A stretch of 29,235 nucleotides of DNA from Octopus sinensis (GCF_006345805.1 NW_021836627.1:1-29235); one strand, 5' to 3'; positions 1 to 12,099 are shown, counted from the stretch's first letter. The notes: a model not told the origin generated them from the sequence alone. A program made the numbers and translations.

Positions 1-7
1 TGGGTAT

Positions 8-26
8 GTAGGTAGGTAGGTGGATG

Positions 27-111
<85 letters not shown>

Positions 112-188
112 GATAGGTAGGTAGGTAGGTAGATAGGTAGGTGGATGGATGAATAGATAGACAGACAGATAGACAGACAGATGGATGA

Positions 189-233
<45 letters not shown>

Positions 234-265
234 TGGATGAATGGATGGGCGGACAGACAGACAGG
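8..265. repeat. Compound tetranucleotide microsatellite (GATA)n/(GGTA)n/(GACA)n/(GGAT)n
   Basis: Directly visible tandem tetramers. Confidence 0.97.
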
Positions 266-515
266 TAGAAAAAGAGTGAGATGCATACATGCATATATAC
301 ATATATCGAAATCCCAAGATGCTACCGCAAATGTCGATTATTTCCCTCTTCTGCGGAGAACATAACACATGTAATCAGTGGCCCAAAAATGTCATCGAGG
401 TATAAACCTCCCGCTGCGACATGATGTTGTTGTTGACACAGTAAACAATGCCATCGCAGAAAAGGCTGCCTTCGGATAAATATAAACAGCAGCTCTACTA
501 TAGAATATATACATA

Positions 516-680
516 GGCGTAGGAGTGGCTGTGTGGTAAGTAGCTTGCTTACGAACCAATTGGTTCCGGGTTCAGTCCCACTGCGTGGCACCTTGGGCAA
601 GTGTCTTCTACTATAGCCTCGGGCCGACCAAAGTCTTGTGAGTGGATTTGGTAGACGGAAACTGAAAGAAGAACGTCGTA

Positions 681-723
<43 letters not shown>

Positions 724-936
724 TTGTGTGTCTGTGTTTGTCCTCCCAACATCGCTTGACAGCTGATGCTGGTGTGTTTACGTAACTTAGCGGTTCGGCA
801 AAAAAAGACCGATAGAATAAGTACTAGGCTTACAAAGAATAAGTCCTGGGGTCGATTTGCTCGACTAAAGGCGGTGCTTCAGTATGGCCACAGTCAAATG
901 ACTGAAACAAATAAAAGAATAAAAGAAATAAAAGAA
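516..936 (+). mobile_element. tRNA-derived SINE, family A (full length, internal TA/TG microsatellite)
   Basis: A-box-like TGGCTGTGTGG, B-box-like GGTTCAGTCCC, (AATAAAAG)n tail, probable TSD AGAATATATA; homologous to 15960-16500. Confidence 0.9.
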
Positions 937-1147
937 TATATATCAACTCTAGAAATATTAGTGAAACATTCCATCAAAACTTCTATAAAGTGTATATATA
1001 ACAGACCTGATATAATTGTTTGGAACAGAAAAGACAAATCGTATACAGAAAAGACAAATCCACACAATATCTATGAAAACATATGTTCTTAATGGAGAAA
1101 TTTAATTTCTTGCAGAGTAGTAATGCTTTCTGATATATACAAATATA

Positions 1148-1322
1148 TTTTTAAGCCAAAACAATGTAAATTATAAACAATAACACAAGTCAATGCTCAG
1201 TAGAAGTCAGCTAACAACACCCTTTCTCCAAAGATTTCTTGAAGAAAGGGTCCTAATAAGTACAAACCATCAACCTGTTTTATTATGAATTTTTCATAAC
1301 TTACATTGTTTTGACTTAAAAA
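1148..1322. mobile_element. Foldback/MITE-like insertion
   Basis: 28-bp inverted repeats at 1148-1175 and 1295-1322 (3 mismatches) with an internal CCCTTTCT/AGAAAGGG hairpin; interrupts the LINE reading frame. Confidence 0.55.
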
Positions 1323-1789
1323 TTAATTAAAAACATTTAATTTTCTGTAATCATGTAGACGTGCACATGTCTTCGAAAATCAGTAAGAAGGTGAATATTA
1401 TGGACAACTTTTTTCGAAACCTGCAGTTCCTCTACCCTGATTACAAATTCACATTTATACCAAGAACCATTGGTGTATGTGGTTATGTTAGTAAATGTCT
1501 AAGCGACAATCTGTAGAAGCTTGGATTTTCAAGCAAAGAAAGAATCCGGCTAACATTAACTTTACAGATACGATCTGTGAGCGGAACAGTAAAAATATAC
1601 AAGCCTTTCTTAAGTTTCGAGATGCCAAAGTTATAGTTGTTATCCAAATTCCAATGATGGAACTTTTGTTTCTTTGCTAGAAACCAGCTCCTTCCGTCTC
1701 AGAAGAACACTGAACGACTTTTTCGAATGAACATAATTATACTCTACATTATGTATTGAATACTTCTTCTTGTTCCCTTTGAACAATAC

Positions 1790-1940
1790 GCATGCATGGA
1801 CACACATGCATACACACATACATACAAACATGTATACATACATACACACATATTATATAAACGTGTATATATGCATATATATATATATATATATATATTA
1901 TAATATATATATAATATATGTTGTGTGGGTGTGTATGCAT

Positions 1941-1971
<31 letters not shown>

Positions 1972-2038
1972 CATATATATATACATATAGATATATATAT
2001 ATATACATAGATATACCTACATACAATACATACATATA
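1790..2038. repeat. (TA)n/(CA)n compound microsatellite
   Basis: Visible. Confidence 0.95.
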
Positions 2039-3189
2039 GTGTAACCGGCCGAAACTGCTGGGAAAATCTGGAACTCGACTGAAGATAGAAAACTCCGAAT
2101 GACCCGTCCTTGTTTTTTTCCTGTCCTTTTTTGTATCGTTTAACTGTCCGGATGTTTTGTTGTTGCCTGTTACATTCATGTTCCATTTTTTGCTTTCATT
2201 GCAGCTGTTTCTTACGCATTTTTAAATAGAAGAATGAGAACATTACTTCATTATAAAAAACCGTAATCACCAGATGAAACGCAGTTTTACAAACAAAAGA
2301 ATATCCCAAAAATACAACAGGGATGTGGCTAAAGAACAAAAAGAGGAGGGCAGAGATACACAGAATTTAGGGGTATTCTATGGATATAGGTTGAATGTTG
2401 GGAGAGAGTACGAAGACAATCGAATGGTAAGTTCTAACTGTTAAGGAATTGTAGTGTTTTGTGCGACTGATTTATCTGGTAAAGGAGAAAGATGTAGGGT
2501 GTTGTTTTAGATACGAATATGTTATATGAGATAGTGGTGACCGTTTGTAATATTAGGATATGTTTGTCTGGAGAGTGGCAATAGTCGAGTACTATTTATC
2601 ATTAAGGAGTTCAAAGAAAGAGAGTGTTATATAATAAACTACACCGAGTACCGAGTTGTAGGAAATACCAGATCGGATATCAAAGAAAACCAGCAGTTGG
2701 AAGTAGTCTAATGATTAACAATTTGTAATGTTATACAGGTGACGTTGATATTATTTAATTAGATAGAACAATCACCATTGTGTGAAACAGGTAATGCAGC
2801 TCCGGACAATGGTCACAGGTAAGAGGTTTGGATAGTGTGTTCCATCAATTATTTAACATGCGCAGCACAAATAACTGCATCTAGGTATAAGGATTACTTA
2901 TTGGAATTGGAAAAGAACTGGCTAGGGTGTACAGGCTGCTACTTGTAGGTTAGATATTTTCGCTATCACTAATGCGTAATACTGGGTACCCCACAAAAAG
3001 AATGGTCAGTTCCTTCAATATAGCATACCATGCAAGTATAGTAAGAGTGGTTAGGAAGAAATGGTAAAGAAAAACGAAACTATAAGGACTCAAAACAATT
3101 AAGCAGATCAATCGCCTTTTAGGTCACCAATAGAGGGAGTATATTAGATTGGCCCAAGGTTAGGAGCTATTATGGAGGTTGTTTAATGT

Positions 3190-4030
3190 CCTTAAAATAT
3201 TTAAAGGTACGGGTAGCATCATAAATACAGGAAAGACGACGATCTAGTTTATTATTTATAGGATTTTCACTATTTGATCTCTTTAAAATTTCAAACAGCT
3301 CCATACAACAAAGCCTGCACCCGTATCTGCTGTTTGAGTATGGTTTATCGACCCTAATGATGGCTCAACTCAAATCAAATTTAACATTGTCGTCCTTGAG
3401 TTCCCAAATCTTCGTATCTAGAGAAGCCCTGCTTGCTCATGTCTTAATTTAAAGGAAGAATAATGGTTACGTAAGCGTTGCTTGAGATTTACGGAGCAGC
3501 CGATATAAATATAAATATTGGTCCCTCACAAAATTACGTTTGTAAATTACATTTACTGCTAGACATTGATCAGGAAGTGGACATGACATTTTGCCTGAAT
3601 AATTTCACCCAATATTTTCTAAGATATGAGATTTATTATTACGGGTACGCGATCCCACGTTATTACGGTGTAATAGTTCAAGCTCTCGAGAGTTACTGGT
3701 GTTTGCATGGTTGTTACTGGGATTTATAATACTAGGATCATTACAATTATAATTAGTTGCCGATCCCAGGGTCGGAGAATGTGGGTACTGAACATTGTCG
3801 TAAAAGATTTGGCTTCCAGATAATGACACTAGAGGGTCGAGGGTGGGCAGTATAACGGAAAATTTTTCAGCACAAGTGTTAGTGTTCTGTGCACTGAGAA
3901 TATCGACAACATGAATAAAAGTAGGTGACCAGAGTTAAAGCACTGCTGTATCATCTCGAGTTTTCTCCAAATCTTACAGATATACCGAAGTACTACGCTT
4001 AGTATTTCTCTGGCAAAGAAGGACAAGGAA
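3190..4030 (-). pseudogene. Penelope-like element remnant: linker plus GIY-YIG endonuclease (frameshifted)
   Basis: Minus-strand translation of ~3605-3190: SCPLPDQCLAVNVIYK...IYIGCSVNLKQRLRNHYSSFK...IWELKDDNVKFDLS*AII...PYSNSRYGCRLCCMELFEI...NN. This is the VIY/YIG, R, NH, CxLC, E, N pattern of PLE GIY-YIG domains. No RT seen. Confidence 0.8.
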
Positions 4031-4404
4031 AGACAAAGAGATACAGATTAGAAAAAAAACAACAAAAATAAATTAAGGGAAATTTTTTAAATAACGAATA
4101 AAGAAACAGCATATTCATTCGAATTTAACCACAGGCTTGTCTGAAATTTTAGGAAAATAAAAAAGAACATTTAACGATAAGAATAACGTAAAAGATGAAA
4201 TTTTAACAATTAACTGTCTCTTGTGTCTGTTACCGTTCCACATCAAAGAAAACCCGTAACACATGCTCTCTTCCTTAACACAGAAGGATATCGAAATCTA
4301 TCATCATACAGACTTAATTTCGAATATATTGAATCGCTACGACAGTCTTTATCCCTGTTGCCTCAAGTCATTAAAAAATTCTGGTAAACTAACAAATTTA
4401 CTTG

Positions 4405-4571
4405 CACACACATTTATATACATATACATACACACAACACACCACACAACATCTATATATATATTATATATAATATATTATATAATATATAATATATATA
4501 ATATATATATATATATATATAATATATACATATATATAATATATAGATATATATATATATATATATATATA

Positions 4572-4642
<71 letters not shown>

Positions 4643-4657
4643 TTTATATATATATAT
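4405..4657. repeat. (TA)n microsatellite
   Basis: Visible. Confidence 0.97.
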
Positions 4658-4730
4658 AAAAGGAAATGAAGACAAAAGAAAATGCGACAAAATAATTTAA
4701 GTAATTTAAGTAACTTAATTAGGTGAAAGT

Positions 4731-4769
4731 TCTTTTTACCGGTTGCGCATTGTTATGCTTATCAAAAGA
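4731..4769 (-). ncRNA. Decayed minimal hammerhead-like motif
   Basis: Minus strand: tctt TTGATAA gcat-aaca-atgc GCAA ccgg TA aaaaga; topology is right but there are three core substitutions. Confidence 0.45.
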
Positions 4770-5018
4770 TTAGAGTTCCTTTCTGATAGATTATATATAT
4801 ATATATATACTACACTGATGTACACACATGTGTATATACATGCATATATTTATCCAAACATACATTCCACGCTTTTCATTCTCATGGATGCCTATCCATT
4901 CATATTACTCTACTTATGAAACCTACATTCACGATCATAAATAATGCTTTTTACCTATTTATATCGATTCGTTTGGAATTATGAATTTATGCTTAAAAGG
5001 AAATTTAATACTGCATGA

Positions 5019-5042
5019 CAGTAGTTCCCAACGATTTTATAT

Positions 5043-5116
<74 letters not shown>

Positions 5117-5408
5117 CCCCTTTGATTATTATTTTATTCTGGTGGACGCCCCAAAGCCATTCAATGTTTTAAAAACTAATTTTATAGATACTTCTTTCAA
5201 AATTCCTATTTTGTTTGCCATGCATTCACTTGCGTAGGTTAAACTATACAAAATGGCAGAGAAAGAAGCATAACCGATTCTTGCAATAAATACATTCAAT
5301 GCAAATGTTCTCCACGGGCCAATGAAATACTGCTGAGGATCACCAGCTTACTGTTTTTCTTGTGTGAACCCCACAAAATCTTATACGGACCCCGGTTGAG
5401 AAGCACGG
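5019..5408. mobile_element. hAT-like MITE with internal (TA)n
   Basis: Ends CAGTAGTTCCCAAC ... GTTGAGAAGCACGG resemble CAGTGGTTCTCAAC-type hAT TIRs; TSD not preserved. Confidence 0.55.
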
Positions 5409-5824
5409 CTCCGGAGTAAACTTATAAGGTTTGTTTGTACAGACTTACATCGTTCCACATATCGTGATATGTTTATTCATATAGAACAATACTATTATAG
5501 AAATACATTCAATGTTTATTCTATATATACACCTCGTAAGTGCATATATATATATGCTTTTAAGTCTCTGGGTACATTTTTGCACAATTCCAGAATATTT
5601 GCTGTCTGTCATTGCATATTATGACGCATAGTGTCTCTCTTCCAAGCATAGGCTACACGAATCTGACTATGTATTGTACGGGATGCATTCCATATCACAG
5701 GCAAAGTTACGTTGCGTTGCATCTCTTTCTGTTTAAGGTTCCAGATCAGATCAGCCAGTGATGTGTATTGTCTTATGCAGACATTGTTAAATGATGCAAT
5801 GTGGTTTCTTCAACGATGCTTGAA

Positions 5825-6090
5825 GGCCATTCGGCTCATGATCGTAAGGTCGTGAGTTCAATTCCCAACGACACGTTGTGTCCTTGAGCAAAACACTTCA
5901 TTTCACGTTGCTCTACTCAGCTGGCGAAAATGAGTAGTACCTGTATTTCAAAGGGCCAGCCTTGTCACACTCTGTGTCGCGCTGAATCTCCCTGAGAACG
6001 ACGTTAAGGGCACATGTGTCTGTGGAGTGCTCAGCCACTTGCACGCTAATTTCACGAGCAAACTGTTCCGTTGATCGTATCAGCTGGCCT
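5825..6090 (+). mobile_element. tRNA-derived SINE (head type D plus tail type B)
   Basis: B-box GAGTTCAATTCCC; TGTGTCCTTGAGCAAAACACTT core shared with 27500-27812; 3' half shared with 14638-14830 and 7500-7670. Confidence 0.85.
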
Positions 6091-6349
6091 CAATCAATAA
6101 ATGCATATACATGTGCACTCGTTCTGACAGTACAAATGTATACAGCCATACCAATATATTCTCAAATACATCTAATGATATATTGTCTACGTGTATAACG
6201 ATAGTCATATGCATAGTTACTCCTGTTCCTGGATTAATTACTCCTGTAACGGATGTCCAGTTAAATGTCTATCATTAAAAGGACTCGCTTTTTTTCTGAG
6301 TAAAACTCAAAACGATGCCATGGCCAACAACATCCAATATTTGTTGCCA

Positions 6350-6558
6350 ACAATATGGCCTGGATTGGCAGCAAATAACGGATGTAATGCACACAACAGA
6401 TGGATCGGTGCAGTTGTTGTGTGGTGTCTAAAACATCAGAAGAGACCAGCTGGAAATCTTCCAATATAATGAGAAGACAATAGAGTTAAACAACTCGGTC
6501 CTAATTAGTCTAGCATTTAGGCAACAAGCAAATTCAAAAGACGTTGATTGATAGATAG
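6350..6558 (+). mobile_element. RTE-type LINE 3' fragment
   Basis: HNRWIGAVVVWCLKHQKRPAGNLPI**EDNRVKQLGPN resembles the RTE C-terminal DNRW..V..W.P...KR..GRP..RW.D motif; ends in GATT/GATA repeats. Confidence 0.6.
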
Positions 6559-6559
6559 T

Positions 6560-7170
6560 TTAAAGGACTGAATATGAGAAACCAGAAGAAAAGATGATGG
6601 TGATGATCTCCGGAGAAAATCAGTCCGAGGAAAGAAGAAGAGAGCTAACACGAAGCTCAACAATGAAGCTACGCGCCTGAGAAGAGAAGCGGGTGGTACA
6701 GTTAAAGGTCTTGACAGAGCATACAAGATCTCTATCTATAAAATTCATCAGAATGATCATGTAAAGTTTAACAGAGAAAAGGCAATGGAATTATTTATAG
6801 AAAAGACACAGAGGAGATACATTACGACGATGAGCTTAAGACTCCAACTCAGTGGAAAGAAGAGGACATATCATGTTAAAGACTGGATTCCGAATTCAAT
6901 CAACACTTTTTGACACACAGAAGTCACACCAGCCTAAATATGACAGCAGTATTCAATACAAGGTCGAATGGTGGCCTTTTAGAGATACAAAATACTCTTA
7001 GATATAAGAATTTTGCGAACACAGAAAGGATTCCAAGCTTCTTGGCAGCCAATTTGGCAATGAGCTGAACATATTTGTTCTAAGAGAGATTATTGATCAA
7101 AATCAAACGAAGTCAGATAGATTCTAGAAGATCAAACTCGTCCATAGTAATGGATGGAAGGAATGGCTGC
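6560..7170 (-). mobile_element. CR1-group LINE ORF2 C-terminal fragment
   Basis: Minus translation KYVQLIAKLAAKKLGIL...ATIRPCIEYCCHI*AG...LES*AHRRNVSPLCLFYK; the IRP.LEY and HRR motifs follow the RT in CR1/L2/jockey-group LINEs. Confidence 0.75.
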
Positions 7171-7279
7171 CTATAACGAGCGATTAATTGACAAAAGCTT
7201 TGCCTTGCCAACATTACCTTGCCATTACCCCACTCGACGACTCCACGAAGATCATCCTCAAGAAACGCAGACTGTTAGG

Positions 7280-7477
7280 TTGTTGCTGGGAATAGACATT
7301 TTGTCTAGCAACCATAGGCATCTGTAGGTGTAAATATAAATTGGCCAACCAACAACTAACACCTGTTGCTAGAAATACTTTTGGGCTTAGTAACAGCAAG
7401 CATCTCGAACAGAAATATACCTTGGCCTAGCAACAGTAACATCACTTACTAGAAATGCAGTTTGGCATAACAACAGT
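7280..7477. repeat. 41-bp palindromic satellite, block 1 (~5 degenerate units)
   Basis: Units resemble CTAGCAACAGcagacatCTGTTGCTAGaaatatagtttggc. Confidence 0.8.
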
Positions 7478-7499
7478 GCATATATATATATATATATAG

Positions 7500-7699
7500 T
7501 GGTTGGCACTCCGTCGGTTAAGACGACGAGGGTTCCAGTTGATCCGATCAACGGAACAGCCTGCTCGTGAAATTAACGTGCAACTGGTTGAGCATTCCAC
7601 AGACACGTGTATCAGATTTAGCGTGACACAGAGTGTGATAAGGCTGGCAATTTGAAACACAGGTACAACAGAAGCAGGAAGAAAGAGTAAGAGAAAGTT
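7500..7699 (-). mobile_element. 5'-truncated SINE (tail type B)
   Basis: Near-identical to 14645-14862 with a short internal deletion. Confidence 0.9.
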
Positions 7700-7878
7700 A
7701 TATATATATAACTTTTGTCTTCTCTCCTGGTGCTGTATGAACATTTAATGTGATTTTAGAGTCAAGTTTTGGCTGCTATTTCCAGCGTGGAGGTATCTCT
7801 TAGATACCCTGAATTATAATTTTAATAATAATGCTAGCCACTTGATAAGATCGATATTTAAATTAACGCTCTTATCCT

Positions 7879-7933
<55 letters not shown>

Positions 7934-7937
7934 CCAA

Positions 7938-8586
7938 CAAAAGGGTGAAATATAATTAATTTAATAAAATTAATAAATTTCACCTAGTAGTTTTATCGGT
8001 ATGGAAAAGACCATATTTGGTAAGGATTATATTAATTACAATAAAGGGTTAATTGCAACAAGTTGCTCAAAACCACATACCGAAAATATTAGAAATGGCA
8101 GCCAAATAGATCACCATTTCCCCTACTAGTAAAAAAGTCTCCACAAACAATCAGAATTTGCAACCCATATATGGTAAAGAGAAAGAAAATAACGAAAACA
8201 CAGCCTATTTGGATTAATTATAGACGAAAATTCATTTCTGGATTAGAATCAGCGGTTCATTTCCTTGTCAATATAATATTTCCTATAAATCTAGAAATGC
8301 TAGGGGAAAAAAGACTCACCTACTATACCGGCTCGATCAGGCGACACCGAACGATATAGTGGTCTGCCAGCATCACTACATTTATATAGACAAGCGAAAT
8401 CGTATCTCCCTCCAAAATTACCACGTGAGTTGCAAAAACATTATCAACGAAACGAAGTTCCGCAGATTTATTGTATGGGAGTAATAGCGTACAATATACA
8501 AAAAGAGTGAAATATAATTAATTTAATAAAATTAATAAATTTCACCTAGTAGTTTTATCGGTATGGAAAAGACCATATTTGGTAAG
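7938..8586. mobile_element. Unclassified non-coding element: 562-bp unit with an identical 80-bp terminal direct repeat
   Basis: 7945-8024 equals 8507-8586 (80/80); flanked by (TA)n; no TG..CA ends. Confidence 0.75.
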
Positions 8587-8589
8587 ATA

Positions 8590-8886
8590 TCGTTATATAT
8601 AAAACTCTAGTTGTGTGGTGTCTGTCTCCTACGATTTAGATTCCTAACTACTCCCACATTTTGCGGTGCAGTTTAACCAAAACCGGGTATTTTATAGCCG
8701 TGATTCATATCGAGCCCTTCTGGGTATTAGCGCGCGTCTACGATGAGTCTACGATTTAAAAAAAATTTACCATCATTTTTTTCCACTTTTAATGCATTTT
8801 TTGCTATTTTTTGGCTATAACTCTCTAAAAATGCTTATATGTTATTTCCCTTACAAACCCGGACAACGCCGGGCGGATACTGCTAG
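8590..8886 (+). mobile_element. Non-autonomous Helitron
   Basis: 5' TC after A8589, subterminal hairpin CCCGG-acaacg-CCGGG (8858-8873), 3' CTAG followed by T8887, no TSD. Confidence 0.85.
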
Positions 8887-8894
8887 TATATATA

Positions 8895-8926
<32 letters not shown>

Positions 8927-8944
8927 ATAATATATATACGCGCG

Positions 8945-9418
8945 GAGTTTTGTCTAGCAACAACTGAAAACTATTGTCAGAAATAAAGTTTTGACCGGCA
9001 GCAATTTAACCTCTGTTGTCAGAAATATAGTTTCATGTCGCAAAGAACAAATCTTATTCTGAGAGTATTATTCGGTCGAGCAGACAAAGACATCTGTTGC
9101 GAGACGCATTCTTTGGTTTGGCAACAACTTGTATCTGCCACTAAAAATATAACTTGCCCTACCAACAGCATACATCTATTTGGAATATAGTTCAGTTTAG
9201 AAATAGTAGAAACCTGTTGCTAGAAATATTGTTTAAGCTACCAACAGCATACATTCGTTGCTAGAAATTGAGCCTTGTCAAGTAATATCTAACATCCGTT
9301 GCGAGGGAAATAGTTTGGTCTTCCAATAATACACATCACTTTCTAGGAATATAGTTTGGCTAAACTAAACAGGTATCTCATTTGGGCTTGGGATAGTGTA
9401 CACATGTTACTAGGAATA
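8945..9418. repeat. 41-bp palindromic satellite, block 2 (~11 units)
   Basis: Recurring AGCAACA..CTGTTGCTAGAAATATAGTTTGG. Confidence 0.85.
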
Positions 9419-9492
9419 CACACACACACACACACACACACACGCACGCATACATACACATACACACACACGCACATTCACACATAGCTATA

Positions 9493-9785
9493 GTTTATTC
9501 CTACTTGAGCCATGCCTGACTCATAAGGGCCGGTTTCCAGGTTTCCTTGGCGTATAGGTTCCCCACCTGGACGGGACGCCGGTCCGTCGCAGGTGAGCTG
9601 CTAGATGCAGGAGGAAAGAGTGAGAGAAAGTTGTGGCGAAAGAGTCAGCAGAAGTTCGCCATTACCTTCTGGCGGAGCCGCGTGGAGCTTATGTGTTTTA
9701 CTCATAAACACACACATCGCCAGGTCTGAGATTCGAACCCGCATCCCTCGACCGCGAGTCCGCTGCTCTAACCACTAGGCCATGT
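9493..9785 (-). mobile_element. tRNA-derived SINE (head B, V-domain-like body)
   Basis: Minus-strand head TGGCCTAGTGGTTAGAGC..GGGTTCGAATCTC; body CCTGCGACGGACCGGCGTCCCGTCCAGG; homologous to 23893-24194. Confidence 0.9.
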
Positions 9786-9796
9786 ACTACAATATA

Positions 9797-10252
9797 TACC
9801 TCTGTTAACAGAAATTGAGTTTTGTCTGTAAATTTGACATCTGTTGTTACAAATACACCTTGGCCCAGCCGACATCTGTCGCCAAAACTATATTTTGGCT
9901 CAGTAACTGTGGACGTTTGTTGCAAAGAATATAGTTAGTATTAGCAACAGTAGATATCTGTTGCTAATAATATGGTTTGGGTTAGCAACAGCAGGCATCT
10001 GTAGTTAAGAATGTGGCCCGGACTAGCAACATCGGACAACTGTTTCTAAGAATATAGTTTAAGCCCACAACAGCAGACATCTGTTGCTAAGAATGTAGTA
10101 TGGGTTAGCAACAACTAACATCTGTTGCTAGAAATATAACTTGGCGTAGGAACAACTGACATCCGTTGCTAGTTATACAGTTTGGTCTAACAACGGCTGA
10201 CATTTGTTGCAACAGTTATAGTTTGGCCTAGCAACAGCAGGCATCTATTGCT
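9797..10252. repeat. 41-bp palindromic satellite, block 3 (~11 units)
   Basis: Registers at 10078, 10119, 10160, 10201 and 10242 give an exact 41-bp period. Confidence 0.9.
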
Positions 10253-10379
10253 GTATAAACGTATGTGTATCACAATGTTAAGAAGATGTAATTTGTCAAA
10301 ATAATTAATAAAGCATTTATCTTCTTAACTCCAGTCTTTTAATTTGAACTGTATTCCGAGTAGAAGGAACATTGTGGTG

Positions 10380-10541
10380 TGTGTTGAGTGAGTGTGTATG
10401 TGTGTGCTTGAGTATGCCTTATACACATACATACGTCAGTGCGTTTCTGCGTGTCGTATTTTCATATACTACCTCAACGCATACACACGCGGACACAAAT
10501 ACATACACACACATACATGCGTGAGTATGCACACACACACA

Positions 10542-10589
<48 letters not shown>

Positions 10590-11087
10590 TCTGCATGTGT
10601 GTACAGCAAATGTACGTAGGTGTGACACAAGTATGAGAATGTATGTGTAGGTGAGTGTGTGCGTGTCTGCGTACGTGTGTGTATGTGTGGCGGGATAGCT
10701 GTGTTTGTTTGAGCGGGTGTGTGATTGTGTGTGTGTGTGTGTGTGTGCGTGTGCACGCGTGTATATATGTATATATGTATATATATTATATGCTTGGATG
10801 TGCGTGAGGTATAGGCGATAAGAAACGTAGCAATCAATAAGTAATGCGTGTACATATTCATATAAATATTCACACGTATATATGTACATATGTGTATGCA
10901 TATGTGTGTATATAATACATATATATATATATATAATATTATATATAGGTCTGTGCTTGTGTGTGTATATATTTACATACATGCATACATACATATATAT
11001 AATATATATATACATGTATATATAAACACACAAGTTCATATATATACATATACATATATGTATGAATGTATATATATAATATATATA

Positions 11088-11129
<42 letters not shown>

Positions 11130-11296
11130 TGTTTCATATATGTTATGTGTATGTTATATATATGTATGTATGTATATTATATATTATATATATACATGTA
11201 TATATCTGAATGTATGTATGTATGTATGTTATATATATATATAATATATATATATATTATATATATATATATATATCTTATATATATATATGTATG

Positions 11297-11348
<52 letters not shown>

Positions 11349-11824
11349 TGTGTGGTGTGTGTGGTGTGTGTATACACGATATATGCATGTACGTATGTGA
11401 GGGTGTATATATATTTCTCAATAATATTTATGTGTTATTTACCGCTTCGATGTATAAAATTGTGTGTAGATATGTACGTATGTATATGTATAGTGGTGTG
11501 AGGAATATGTATGTGTGTGTGTGTGTGTGTGTATGATCTTAGATGTAACTGACAACATGAAAGGTCCACCAGAAGATGATAAATACATTTTGAATATCTC
11601 TGGCTTGCCGTGCATTAAATATCCAAACATATCATTCAAATAAACTTACATATGTATACACATACATACACATGTACAAACATCTGAATATGTACAGATA
11701 TAAATATTATTTGTACACACCACATATACACACACATACATGCATATATAATAAATGTAGGTGTATACAAATATATGTACATACATGTGGGCATCTATAT
11801 ATATTATATATAGATATATATATA

Positions 11825-11869
<45 letters not shown>

Positions 11870-12013
11870 TATACATATATATGTATGTAGATATATGTGT
11901 TTGTGTGTATTTATATATCACATGTATATTGTATACGTATGTATTCATATATGGTCATATATGTACCTAGAGGCGTATATCTCAATAGTAATGAGGTGCG
12001 AGTTAAGCATATG

Positions 12014-12064
<51 letters not shown>

Positions 12065-12067
12065 TAT

Positions 12068-12099
<32 letters not shown>

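Larger units (their letters stand above)
310..1707 (+). mobile_element. Decayed 3' part of a non-LTR retrotransposon with restriction-like endonuclease (R4/Dong-like), split by a SINE and a foldback insertion
   Basis: Hand translation across frameshifts: from 329 KCRLFPSSAENITHVISG-PKMSSRY..LRHDVV (degenerate CCHC knuckle plus RHD); ~960-1040 IKTSIKCIYNRPDIIVWNRKDK (PD motif); ~1400-1615 FRNLQFLYPDYKFTFIP..IGVCGYVSKCLSDNL*KLGF. The 3' UTR matches the copy at 19300-19688. Confidence 0.8.

Noticed and set aside
7938-8586. LTR retrotransposon/TRIM
   Set aside because: No TG..CA termini, PBS, PPT or short TSD evident; left unclassified
7280-10252. CRISPR-like array (palindromic repeat at regular spacing)
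   Set aside because: The 14-nt linkers are homologous to each other rather than unique spacers, the repeats are highly degenerate, there are no cas genes, and the context is eukaryotic
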